Of a stretch of 64,000 nucleotides of DNA, positions 1 to 12,700 are shown one piece after another; position 1 is the stretch's first letter, and each line of letters starts with the position of its first letter. The translations under genes were made by a program, and so were the position numbers. Origin of the DNA: Lingula anatina (lineage: Eukaryota; Animalia; Brachiopoda); contig JBPQGU010000016.1 in NCBI GenBank assembly GCA_051362555.1, positions 3,844,001-3,908,000 of the forward strand. Direction: 5' to 3'. The notes under the pieces are model-generated. The model did not search any database. It had not been told where the DNA came from and worked only from the letters and a program-made list of their open reading frames with translations.

Positions 1-8
1 GATTTTGA

Positions 9-24
9 ACAGTGCCGGCACTGT
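9..24. repeat. Perfect 16-bp palindrome ACAGTGCCGGCACTGT, once per monomer (first copy shown)
   Basis: The sequence equals its own reverse complement; it recurs at 383-398, 746-761 and onward. Confidence 0.95.
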
Positions 25-168
25 GAGATTTCTTCAATTTTGGCCAGGTAGGGATGAAAATTTTTTTTCTTCATTATAGTGTCAGGTAGGTGTGTTCGGT
101 CATTTGTAGTAAGAATAAAGTGCTGGAAGAGTGGTGGTGTCAACATTAAGGAAGAAATAGAGCAAAAA

Positions 169-187
169 CTCTCTCTCCCCCCCCCCC
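169..187 (+). repeat. (CT)4 followed by a length-variable poly-C tract (modal C11; up to C18 seen), once per monomer (first copy shown)
   Basis: C11 at 177-187, C10 at 5271-5280, C17 at 37938-37954, C18 at 38307-38324. It explains most monomer length variation. Confidence 0.95.
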
Positions 188-699
188 TCTCAGATTCTGT
201 TCTCAGAGCTTATTTTTGGATCATCTTTAAAGCTAGAATTGGGGGCCTTGATGAAGTGACCCGGGCGCGTCCCGGGCGCGTTTCCACATTTTTTATGAAT
301 GACAGGTGTGGTAGATTGATTTTCCTCACTTTTTGGAAAAATCGGAGACGGGTCGATTTTTGGTGATTTTGAGTGATTTTGAACAGTGCCGGCACTGTGA
401 GATTTCTTCAATTTTGGCCAGGTAGGGATGAAAATTTTTTTTCTTCATTATAGTGTCAGGTAGGTGTGTTCGGTCATTTGTAGTAAGAATAAAGTGCTGG
501 AAGAGTGGTGGTGTCAACATTAAGGAAGAAATAGAGCAAAAACTCTCTCTCCCCCCCCCCCTCTCAGATTCTGTTCTCAGAGCTTATTTTTGGATCATCT
601 TTAAAGCTAGAATTGGGGGCCTTGATGAAGTGACCCGGGCGCGTTTCCACATTTTTTATGAATGACAGGTGTGGTAGATTGATTTTCCTCACTTTTTGG

Positions 700-724
700 A
701 AAAATCGGAGACGGGTCGATTTTT
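700..724. repeat. Inverted repeat AAAAATCG-N9-CGATTTTT, once per monomer (second monomer shown)
   Basis: 8-bp arms at 700-707 and 717-724, read directly from the sequence. Confidence 0.8.
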
Positions 725-3700
725 GGTGATTTTGAGTGATTTTGAACAGTGCCGGCACTGTGAGATTTCTTCAATTTTGGCCAGGTAGGGATGAAAATTT
801 TTTTTCTTCATTATAGTGTCAGGTAGGTGTGTTCGGTCATTTGTAGTAAGAATAAAGTGCTGGAAGAGTGGTGGTGTCAACATTAAGGAAGAAATAGAGC
901 AAAAACTCTCTCTCCCCCCCCCCCTCTCAGATTCTGTTCTCAGAGCTTATTTTTGGATCATCTTTAAAGCTAGAATTGGGGGCCTTGATGAAGTGACCCG
1001 GGCGCGTTTCCACATTTTTTATGAATGACAGGTGTGGTAGATTGATTTTCCTCACTTTTTGGAAAAATCGGAGACGGGTCGATTTTTGGTGATTTTGAGT
1101 GATTTTGAACAGTGCCGGCACTGTGAGATTTCTTCAATTTTGGCCAGGTAGGGATGAAAATTTTTTTTCTTCATTATAGTGTCAGGTAGGTGTGTTCGGT
1201 CATTTGTAGTAAGAATAAAGTGCTGGAAGAGTGGTGGTGTCAACATTAAGGAAGAAATAGAGCAAAAACTCTCTCTCCCCCCCCCCCTCTCAGATTCTGT
1301 TCTCAGAGCTTATTTTTGGATCATCTTTAAAGCTAGAATTGGGGGCCTTGATGAAGTGACCCGGGCGCGTTTCCACATTTTTTATGAATGACAGGTGTGG
1401 TAGATTGATTTTCCTCACTTTTTGGAAAAATCGGAGACGGGTCGATTTTTGGTGATTTTGAGTGATTTTGAACAGTGCCGGCACTGTGAGATTTCTTCAA
1501 TTTTGGCCAGGTAGGGATGAAAATTTTTTTTCTTCATTATAGTGTCAGGTAGGTGTGTTCGGTCATTTGTAGTAAGAATAAAGTGCTGGAAGAGTGGTGG
1601 TGTCAACATTAAGGAAGAAATAGAGCAAAAACTCTCTCTCCCCCCCCCCCTCTCAGATTCTGTTCTCAGAGCTTATTTTTGGATCATCTTTAAAGCTAGA
1701 ATTGGGGGCCTTGATGAAGTGACCCGGGCGCGTTTCCACATTTTTTATGAATGACAGGTGTGGTAGATTGATTTTCCTCACTTTTTGGAAAAATCGGAGA
1801 CGGGTCGATTTTTGGTGATTTTGAGTGATTTTGAACAGTGCCGGCACTGTGAGATTTCTTCAATTTTGGCCAGGTAGGGATGAAAATTTTTTTTCTTCAT
1901 TATAGTGTCAGGTAGGTGTGTTCGGTCATTTGTAGTAAGAATAAAGTGCTGGAAGAGTGGTGGTGTCAACATTAAGGAAGAAATAGAGCAAAAACTCTCT
2001 CTCCCCCCCCCCCTCTCAGATTCTGTTCTCAGAGCTTATTTTTGGATCATCTTTAAAGCTAGAATTGGGGGCCTTGATGAAGTGACCCGGGCGCGTTTCC
2101 ACATTTTTTATGAATGACAGGTGTGGTAGATTGATTTTCCTCACTTTTTGGAAAAATCGGAGACGGGTCGATTTTTGGTGATTTTGAGTGATTTTGAACA
2201 GTGCCGGCACTGTGAGATTTCTTCAATTTTGGCCAGGTAGGGATGAAAATTTTTTTTCTTCATTATAGTGTCAGGTAGGTGTGTTCGGTCATTTGTAGTA
2301 AGAATAAAGTGCTGGAAGAGTGGTGGTGTCAACATTAAGGAAGAAATAGAGCAAAAACTCTCTCTCCCCCCCCCCCTCTCAGATTCTGTTCTCAGAGCTT
2401 ATTTTTGGATCATCTTTAAAGCTAGAATTGGGGGCCTTGATGAAGTGACCCGGGCGCGTTTCCACATTTTTTATGAATGACAGGTGTGGTAGATTGATTT
2501 TCCTCACTTTTTGGAAAAATCGGAGACGGGTCGATTTTTGGTGATTTTGAGTGATTTTGAACAGTGCCGGCACTGTGAGATTTCTTCAATTTTGGCCAGG
2601 TAGGGATGAAAATTTTTTTTCTTCATTATAGTGTCAGGTAGGTGTGTTCGGTCATTTGTAGTAAGAATAAAGTGCTGGAAGAGTGGTGGTGTCAACATTA
2701 AGGAAGAAATAGAGCAAAAACTCTCTCTCCCCCCCCCCCTCTCAGATTCTGTTCTCAGAGCTTATTTTTGGATCATCTTTAAAGCTAGAATTGGGGGCCT
2801 TGATGAAGTGACCCGGGCGCGTTTCCACATTTTTTATGAATGACAGGTGTGGTAGATTGATTTTCCTCACTTTTTGGAAAAATCGGAGACGGGTCGATTT
2901 TTGGTGATTTTGAGTGATTTTGAACAGTGCCGGCACTGTGAGATTTCTTCAATTTTGGCCAGGTAGGGATGAAAATTTTTTTTCTTCATTATAGTGTCAG
3001 GTAGGTGTGTTCGGTCATTTGTAGTAAGAATAAAGTGCTGGAAGAGTGGTGGTGTCAACATTAAGGAAGAAATAGAGCAAAAACTCTCTCTCCCCCCCCC
3101 CCTCTCAGATTCTGTTCTCAGAGCTTATTTTTGGATCATCTTTAAAGCTAGAATTGGGGGCCTTGATGAAGTGACCCGGGCGCGTTTCCACATTTTTTAT
3201 GAATGACAGGTGTGGTAGATTGATTTTCCTCACTTTTTGGAAAAATCGGAGACGGGTCGATTTTTGGTGATTTTGAGTGATTTTGAACAGTGCCGGCACT
3301 GTGAGATTTCTTCAATTTTGGCCAGGTAGGGATGAAAATTTTTTTTCTTCATTATAGTGTCAGGTAGGTGTGTTCGGTCATTTGTAGTAAGAATAAAGTG
3401 CTGGAAGAGTGGTGGTGTCAACATTAAGGAAGAAATAGAGCAAAAACTCTCTCTCCCCCCCCCCCTCTCAGATTCTGTTCTCAGAGCTTATTTTTGGATC
3501 ATCTTTAAAGCTAGAATTGGGGGCCTTGATGAAGTGACCCGGGCGCGTTTCCACATTTTTTATGAATGACAGGTGTGGTAGATTGATTTTCCTCACTTTT
3601 TGGAAAAATCGGAGACGGGTCGATTTTTGGTGATTTTGAGTGATTTTGAACAGTGCCGGCACTGTGAGATTTCTTCAATTTTGGCCAGGTAGGGATGAAA

Positions 3701-6700
3701 ATTTTTTTTCTTCATTATAGTGTCAGGTAGGTGTGTTCGGTCATTTGTAGTAAGAATAAAGTGCTGGAAGAGTGGTGGTGTCAACATTAAGGAAGAAATA
3801 GAGCAAAAACTCTCTCTCCCCCCCCCCCTCTCAGATTCTGTTCTCAGAGCTTATTTTTGGATCATCTTTAAAGCTAGAATTGGGGGCCTTGATGAAGTGA
3901 CCCGGGCGCGTTTCCACATTTTTTATGAATGACAGGTGTGGTAGATTGATTTTCCTCACTTTTTGGAAAAATCGGAGACGGGTCGATTTTTGGTGATTTT
4001 GAGTGATTTTGAACAGTGCCGGCACTGTGAGATTTCTTCAATTTTGGCCAGGTAGGGATGAAAATTTTTTTTCTTCATTATAGTGTCAGGTAGGTGTGTT
4101 CGGTCATTTGTAGTAAGAATAAAGTGCTGGAAGAGTGGTGGTGTCAACATTAAGGAAGAAATAGAGCAAAAACTCTCTCTCCCCCCCCCCCCTCTCAGAT
4201 TCTGTTCTCAGAGCTTATTTTTGGATCATCTTTAAAGCTAGAATTGGGGGCCTTGATGAAGTGACCCGGGCGCGTTTCCACATTTTTTATGAATGACAGG
4301 TGTGGTAGATTGATTTTCCTCACTTTTTGGAAAAATCGGAGACGGGTCGATTTTTGGTGATTTTGAGTGATTTTGAACAGTGCCGGCACTGTGAGATTTC
4401 TTCAATTTTGGCCAGGTAGGGATGAAAATTTTTTTTCTTCATTATAGTGTCAGGTAGGTGTGTTCGGTCATTTGTAGTAAGAATAAAGTGCTGGAAGAGT
4501 GGTGGTGTCAACATTAAGGAAGAAATAGAGCAAAAACTCTCTCTCCCCCCCCCCCTCTCAGATTCTGTTCTCAGAGCTTATTTTTGGATCATCTTTAAAG
4601 CTAGAATTGGGGGCCTTGATGAAGTGACCCGGGCGCGTTTCCACATTTTTTATGAATGACAGGTGTGGTAGATTGATTTTCCTCACTTTTTGGAAAAATC
4701 GGAGACGGGTCGATTTTTGGTGATTTTGAGTGATTTTGAACAGTGCCGGCACTGTGAGATTTCTTCAATTTTGGCCAGGTAGGGATGAAAATTTTTTTTC
4801 TTCATTATAGTGTCAGGTAGGTGTGTTCGGTCATTTGTAGTAAGAATAAAGTGCTGGAAGAGTGGTGGTGTCAACATTAAGGAAGAAATAGAGCAAAAAC
4901 TCTCTCTCCCCCCCCCCCTCTCAGATTCTGTTCTCAGAGCTTATTTTTGGATCATCTTTAAAGCTAGAATTGGGGGCCTTGATGAAGTGACCCGGGCGCG
5001 TTTCCACATTTTTTATGAATGACAGGTGTGGTAGATTGATTTTCCTCACTTTTTGGAAAAATCGGAGACGGGTCGATTTTTGGTGATTTTGAGTGATTTT
5101 GAACAGTGCCGGCACTGTGAGATTTCTTCAATTTTGGCCAGGTAGGGATGAAAATTTTTTTTCTTCATTATAGTGTCAGGTAGGTGTGTTCGGTCATTTG
5201 TAGTAAGAATAAAGTGCTGGAAGAGTGGTGGTGTCAACATTAAGGAAGAAATAGAGCAAAAACTCTCTCTCCCCCCCCCCTCTCAGATTCTGTTCTCAGA
5301 GCTTATTTTTGGATCATCTTTAAAGCTAGAATTGGGGGCCTTGATGAAGTGACCCGGGCGCGTTTCCACATTTTTTATGAATGACAGGTGTGGTAGATTG
5401 ATTTTCCTCACTTTTTGGAAAAATCGGAGACGGGTCGATTTTTGGTGATTTTGAGTGATTTTGAACAGTGCCGGCACTGTGAGATTTCTTCAATTTTGGC
5501 CAGGTAGGGATGAAAATTTTTTTTCTTCATTATAGTGTCAGGTAGGTGTGTTCGGTCATTTGTAGTAAGAATAAAGTGCTGGAAGAGTGGTGGTGTCAAC
5601 ATTAAGGAAGAAATAGAGCAAAAACTCTCTCTCCCCCCCCCCCTCTCAGATTCTGTTCTCAGAGCTTATTTTTGGATCATCTTTAAAGCTAGAATTGGGG
5701 GCCTTGATGAAGTGACCCGGGCGCGTTTCCACATTTTTTATGAATGACAGGTGTGGTAGATTGATTTTCCTCACTTTTTGGAAAAATCGGAGACGGGTCG
5801 ATTTTTGGTGATTTTGAGTGATTTTGAACAGTGCCGGCACTGTGAGATTTCTTCAATTTTGGCCAGGTAGGGATGAAAATTTTTTTTCTTCATTATAGTG
5901 TCAGGTAGGTGTGTTCGGTCATTTGTAGTAAGAATAAAGTGCTGGAAGAGTGGTGGTGTCAACATTAAGGAAGAAATAGAGCAAAAACTCTCTCTCCCCC
6001 CCCCCCTCTCAGATTCTGTTCTCAGAGCTTATTTTTGGATCATCTTTAAAGCTAGAATTGGGGGCCTTGATGAAGTGACCCGGGCGCGTTTCCACATTTT
6101 TTATGAATGACAGGTGTGGTAGATTGATTTTCCTCACTTTTTGGAAAAATCGGAGACGGGTCGATTTTTGGTGATTTTGAGTGATTTTGAACAGTGCCGG
6201 CACTGTGAGATTTCTTCAATTTTGGCCAGGTAGGGATGAAAATTTTTTTTCTTCATTATAGTGTCAGGTAGGTGTGTTCGGTCATTTGTAGTAAGAATAA
6301 AGTGCTGGAAGAGTGGTGGTGTCAACATTAAGGAAGAAATAGAGCAAAAACTCTCTCTCCCCCCCCCCTCTCAGATTCTGTTCTCAGAGCTTATTTTTGG
6401 ATCATCTTTAAAGCTAGAATTGGGGGCCTTGATGAAGTGACCCGGGCGCGTTTCCACATTTTTTATGAATGACAGGTGTGGTAGATTGATTTTCCTCACT
6501 TTTTGGAAAAATCGGAGACGGGTCGATTTTTGGTGATTTTGAGTGATTTTGAACAGTGCCGGCACTGTGAGATTTCTTCAATTTTGGCCAGGTAGGGATG
6601 AAAATTTTTTTTCTTCATTATAGTGTCAGGTAGGTGTGTTCGGTCATTTGTAGTAAGAATAAAGTGCTGGAAGAGTGGTGGTGTCAACATTAAGGAAGAA

Positions 6701-9700
6701 ATAGAGCAAAAACTCTCTCTCCCCCCCCCCCTCTCAGATTCTGTTCTCAGAGCTTATTTTTGGATCATCTTTAAAGCTAGAATTGGGGGCCTTGATGAAG
6801 TGACCCGGGCGCGTTTCCACATTTTTTATGAATGACAGGTGTGGTAGATTGATTTTCCTCACTTTTTGGAAAAATCGGAGACGGGTCGATTTTTGGTGAT
6901 TTTGAGTGATTTTGAACAGTGCCGGCACTGTGAGATTTCTTCAATTTTGGCCAGGTAGGGATGAAAATTTTTTTTCTTCATTATAGTGTCAGGTAGGTGT
7001 GTTCGGTCATTTGTAGTAAGAATAAAGTGCTGGAAGAGTGGTGGTGTCAACATTAAGGAAGAAATAGAGCAAAAACTCTCTCTCCCCCCCCCCTCTCAGA
7101 TTCTGTTCTCAGAGCTTATTTTTGGATCATCTTTAAAGCTAGAATTGGGGGCCTTGATGAAGTGACCCGGGCGCGTTTCCACATTTTTTATGAATGACAG
7201 GTGTGGTAGATTGATTTTCCTCACTTTTTGGAAAAATCGGAGACGGGTCGATTTTTGGTGATTTTGAGTGATTTTGAACAGTGCCGGCACTGTGAGATTT
7301 CTTCAATTTTGGCCAGGTAGGGATGAAAATTTTTTTTCTTCATTATAGTGTCAGGTAGGTGTGTTCGGTCATTTGTAGTAAGAATAAAGTGCTGGAAGAG
7401 TGGTGGTGTCAACATTAAGGAAGAAATAGAGCAAAAACTCTCTCTCCCCCCCCCCCTCTCAGATTCTGTTCTCAGAGCTTATTTTTGGATCATCTTTAAA
7501 GCTAGAATTGGGGGCCTTGATGAAGTGACCCGGGCGCGTTTCCACATTTTTTATGAATGACAGGTGTGGTAGATTGATTTTCCTCACTTTTTGGAAAAAT
7601 CGGAGACGGGTCGATTTTTGGTGATTTTGAGTGATTTTGAACAGTGCCGGCACTGTGAGATTTCTTCAATTTTGGCCAGGTAGGGATGAAAATTTTTTTT
7701 CTTCATTATAGTGTCAGGTAGGTGTGTTCGGTCATTTGTAGTAAGAATAAAGTGCTGGAAGAGTGGTGGTGTCAACATTAAGGAAGAAATAGAGCAAAAA
7801 CTCTCTCTCCCCCCCCCCTCTCAGATTCTGTTCTCAGAGCTTATTTTTGGATCATCTTTAAAGCTAGAATTGGGGGCCTTGATGAAGTGACCCGGGCGCG
7901 TTTCCACATTTTTTATGAATGACAGGTGTGGTAGATTGATTTTCCTCACTTTTTGGAAAAATCGGAGACGGGTCGATTTTTGGTGATTTTGAGTGATTTT
8001 GAACAGTGCCGGCACTGTGAGATTTCTTCAATTTTGGCCAGGTAGGGATGAAAATTTTTTTTCTTCATTATAGTGTCAGGTAGGTGTGTTCGGTCATTTG
8101 TAGTAAGAATAAAGTGCTGGAAGAGTGGTGGTGTCAACATTAAGGAAGAAATAGAGCAAAAACTCTCTCTCCCCCCCCCCCTCTCAGATTCTGTTCTCAG
8201 AGCTTATTTTTGGATCATCTTTAAAGCTAGAATTGGGGGCCTTGATGAAGTGACCCGGGCGCGTTTCCACATTTTTTATGAATGACAGGTGTGGTAGATT
8301 GATTTTCCTCACTTTTTGGAAAAATCGGAGACGGGTCGATTTTTGGTGATTTTGAGTGATTTTGAACAGTGCCGGCACTGTGAGATTTCTTCAATTTTGG
8401 CCAGGTAGGGATGAAAATTTTTTTTCTTCATTATAGTGTCAGGTAGGTGTGTTCGGTCATTTGTAGTAAGAATAAAGTGCTGGAAGAGTGGTGGTGTCAA
8501 CATTAAGGAAGAAATAGAGCAAAAACTCTCTCTCCCCCCCCCCCTCTCAGATTCTGTTCTCAGAGCTTATTTTTGGATCATCTTTAAAGCTAGAATTGGG
8601 GGCCTTGATGAAGTGACCCGGGCGCGTTTCCACATTTTTTATGAATGACAGGTGTGGTAGATTGATTTTCCTCACTTTTTGGAAAAATCGGAGACGGGTC
8701 GATTTTTGGTGATTTTGAGTGATTTTGAACAGTGCCGGCACTGTGAGATTTCTTCAATTTTGGCCAGGTAGGGATGAAAATTTTTTTTCTTCATTATAGT
8801 GTCAGGTAGGTGTGTTCGGTCATTTGTAGTAAGAATAAAGTGCTGGAAGAGTGGTGGTGTCAACATTAAGGAAGAAATAGAGCAAAAACTCTCTCTCCCC
8901 CCCCCCCTCTCAGATTCTGTTCTCAGAGCTTATTTTTGGATCATCTTTAAAGCTAGAATTGGGGGCCTTGATGAAGTGACCCGGGCGCGTTTCCACATTT
9001 TTTATGAATGACAGGTGTGGTAGATTGATTTTCCTCACTTTTTGGAAAAATCGGAGACGGGTCGATTTTTGGTGATTTTGAGTGATTTTGAACAGTGCCG
9101 GCACTGTGAGATTTCTTCAATTTTGGCCAGGTAGGGATGAAAATTTTTTTTCTTCATTATAGTGTCAGGTAGGTGTGTTCGGTCATTTGTAGTAAGAATA
9201 AAGTGCTGGAAGAGTGGTGGTGTCAACATTAAGGAAGAAATAGAGCAAAAACTCTCTCTCCCCCCCCCCTCTCAGATTCTGTTCTCAGAGCTTATTTTTG
9301 GATCATCTTTAAAGCTAGAATTGGGGGCCTTGATGAAGTGACCCGGGCGCGTTTCCACATTTTTTATGAATGACAGGTGTGGTAGATTGATTTTCCTCAC
9401 TTTTTGGAAAAATCGGAGACGGGTCGATTTTTGGTGATTTTGAGTGATTTTGAACAGTGCCGGCACTGTGAGATTTCTTCAATTTTGGCCAGGTAGGGAT
9501 GAAAATTTTTTTTCTTCATTATAGTGTCAGGTAGGTGTGTTCGGTCATTTGTAGTAAGAATAAAGTGCTGGAAGAGTGGTGGTGTCAACATTAAGGAAGA
9601 AATAGAGCAAAAACTCTCTCTCCCCCCCCCCTCTCAGATTCTGTTCTCAGAGCTTATTTTTGGATCATCTTTAAAGCTAGAATTGGGGGCCTTGATGAAG

Positions 9701-12700
9701 TGACCCGGGCGCGTTTCCACATTTTTTATGAATGACAGGTGTGGTAGATTGATTTTCCTCACTTTTTGGAAAAATCGGAGACGGGTCGATTTTTGGTGAT
9801 TTTGAGTGATTTTGAACAGTGCCGGCACTGTGAGATTTCTTCAATTTTGGCCAGGTAGGGATGAAAATTTTTTTTCTTCATTATAGTGTCAGGTAGGTGT
9901 GTTCGGTCATTTGTAGTAAGAATAAAGTGCTGGAAGAGTGGTGGTGTCAACATTAAGGAAGAAATAGAGCAAAAACTCTCTCTCCCCCCCCCCCTCTCAG
10001 ATTCTGTTCTCAGAGCTTATTTTTGGATCATCTTTAAAGCTAGAATTGGGGGCCTTGATGAAGTGACCCGGGCGCGTTTCCACATTTTTTATGAATGACA
10101 GGTGTGGTAGATTGATTTTCCTCACTTTTTGGAAAAATCGGAGACGGGTCGATTTTTGGTGATTTTGAGTGATTTTGAACAGTGCCGGCACTGTGAGATT
10201 TCTTCAATTTTGGCCAGGTAGGGATGAAAATTTTTTTTCTTCATTATAGTGTCAGGTAGGTGTGTTCGGTCATTTGTAGTAAGAATAAAGTGCTGGAAGA
10301 GTGGTGGTGTCAACATTAAGGAAGAAATAGAGCAAAAACTCTCTCTCCCCCCCCCCCTCTCAGATTCTGTTCTCAGAGCTTATTTTTGGATCATCTTTAA
10401 AGCTAGAATTGGGGGCCTTGATGAAGTGACCCGGGCGCGTTTCCACATTTTTTATGAATGACAGGTGTGGTAGATTGATTTTCCTCACTTTTTGGAAAAA
10501 TCGGAGACGGGTCGATTTTTGGTGATTTTGAGTGATTTTGAACAGTGCCGGCACTGTGAGATTTCTTCAATTTTGGCCAGGTAGGGATGAAAATTTTTTT
10601 TCTTCATTATAGTGTCAGGTAGGTGTGTTCGGTCATTTGTAGTAAGAATAAAGTGCTGGAAGAGTGGTGGTGTCAACATTAAGGAAGAAATAGAGCAAAA
10701 ACTCTCTCTCCCCCCCCCCCTCTCAGATTCTGTTCTCAGAGCTTATTTTTGGATCATCTTTAAAGCTAGAATTGGGGGCCTTGATGAAGTGACCCGGGCG
10801 CGTTTCCACATTTTTTATGAATGACAGGTGTGGTAGATTGATTTTCCTCACTTTTTGGAAAAATCGGAGACGGGTCGATTTTTGGTGATTTTGAGTGATT
10901 TTGAACAGTGCCGGCACTGTGAGATTTCTTCAATTTTGGCCAGGTAGGGATGAAAATTTTTTTTCTTCATTATAGTGTCAGGTAGGTGTGTTCGGTCATT
11001 TGTAGTAAGAATAAAGTGCTGGAAGAGTGGTGGTGTCAACATTAAGGAAGAAATAGAGCAAAAACTCTCTCTCCCCCCCCCCCTCTCAGATTCTGTTCTC
11101 AGAGCTTATTTTTGGATCATCTTTAAAGCTAGAATTGGGGGCCTTGATGAAGTGACCCGGGCGCGTTTCCACATTTTTTATGAATGACAGGTGTGGTAGA
11201 TTGATTTTCCTCACTTTTTGGAAAAATCGGAGACGGGTCGATTTTTGGTGATTTTGAGTGATTTTGAACAGTGCCGGCACTGTGAGATTTCTTCAATTTT
11301 GGCCAGGTAGGGATGAAAATTTTTTTTCTTCATTATAGTGTCAGGTAGGTGTGTTCGGTCATTTGTAGTAAGAATAAAGTGCTGGAAGAGTGGTGGTGTC
11401 AACATTAAGGAAGAAATAGAGCAAAAACTCTCTCTCCCCCCCCCCCTCTCAGATTCTGTTCTCAGAGCTTATTTTTGGATCATCTTTAAAGCTAGAATTG
11501 GGGGCCTTGATGAAGTGACCCGGGCGCGTTTCCACATTTTTTATGAATGACAGGTGTGGTAGATTGATTTTCCTCACTTTTTGGAAAAATCGGAGACGGG
11601 TCGATTTTTGGTGATTTTGAGTGATTTTGAACAGTGCCGGCACTGTGAGATTTCTTCAATTTTGGCCAGGTAGGGATGAAAATTTTTTTTCTTCATTATA
11701 GTGTCAGGTAGGTGTGTTCGGTCATTTGTAGTAAGAATAAAGTGCTGGAAGAGTGGTGGTGTCAACATTAAGGAAGAAATAGAGCAAAAACTCTCTCTCC
11801 CCCCCCCCCTCTCAGATTCTGTTCTCAGAGCTTATTTTTGGATCATCTTTAAAGCTAGAATTGGGGGCCTTGATGAAGTGACCCGGGCGCGTTTCCACAT
11901 TTTTTATGAATGACAGGTGTGGTAGATTGATTTTCCTCACTTTTTGGAAAAATCGGAGACGGGTCGATTTTTGGTGATTTTGAGTGATTTTGAACAGTGC
12001 CGGCACTGTGAGATTTCTTCAATTTTGGCCAGGTAGGGATGAAAATTTTTTTTCTTCATTATAGTGTCAGGTAGGTGTGTTCGGTCATTTGTAGTAAGAA
12101 TAAAGTGCTGGAAGAGTGGTGGTGTCAACATTAAGGAAGAAATAGAGCAAAAACTCTCTCTCCCCCCCCCCCTCTCAGATTCTGTTCTCAGAGCTTATTT
12201 TTGGATCATCTTTAAAGCTAGAATTGGGGGCCTTGATGAAGTGACCCGGGCGCGTTTCCACATTTTTTATGAATGACAGGTGTGGTAGATTGATTTTCCT
12301 CACTTTTTGGAAAAATCGGAGACGGGTCGATTTTTGGTGATTTTGAGTGATTTTGAACAGTGCCGGCACTGTGAGATTTCTTCAATTTTGGCCAGGTAGG
12401 GATGAAAATTTTTTTTCTTCATTATAGTGTCAGGTAGGTGTGTTCGGTCATTTGTAGTAAGAATAAAGTGCTGGAAGAGTGGTGGTGTCAACATTAAGGA
12501 AGAAATAGAGCAAAAACTCTCTCTCCCCCCCCCCCTCTCAGATTCTGTTCTCAGAGCTTATTTTTGGATCATCTTTAAAGCTAGAATTGGGGGCCTTGAT
12601 GAAGTGACCCGGGCGCGTTTCCACATTTTTTATGAATGACAGGTGTGGTAGATTGATTTTCCTCACTTTTTGGAAAAATCGGAGACGGGTCGATTTTTGG

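Noticed and set aside
393-399. V(D)J recombination signal (CACAGTG heptamer on the - strand)
   Set aside because: There is no ACAAAAACC-like nonamer at 12- or 23-bp spacing and no antigen-receptor segments.
409-430. Spliced-leader RNA or U1-like signal (AATTTTGG Sm-like site followed by CAG|GTAGG; minus strand ATCCCTACCTGGC)
   Set aside because: There is only a short partial resemblance to the dinoflagellate SL 3' end and the U1 5' end. No known SL exon or snRNA body is recognisable, and T-rich Sm-like words are common in this monomer.
704-716. CENP-B box (ATCGGAGACGGGT)
   Set aside because: It does not fit TTCG-N4-A-N2-CGGG: the spacing is 4 rather than 7 nt and the first half-site is ATCG.
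621-717. Hammerhead ribozyme or retrozyme-type satellite (CTTGATGA on +; GAAAC...GTC on -)
   Set aside because: The core halves lie on opposite strands. The + strand lacks an exact CTGANGA and a following GAAA, and the - strand lacks CTGANGA before the stem. An Rfam scan would be definitive.
664-724. tRNA/SINE-like Pol III A and B boxes (TGGTAGATTGA ... GGGTCGATTT)
   Set aside because: The matches are degenerate, there is no acceptor stem or cloverleaf, and internal T4-T5 runs would terminate Pol III.
375-737. Monomer as a dimer of ~181-bp subunits
   Set aside because: Shared words (ATTTTGG, GATGAA, CAGGT) recur at inconsistent offsets (~175-209 bp), and no colinear half-to-half alignment is visible by eye.
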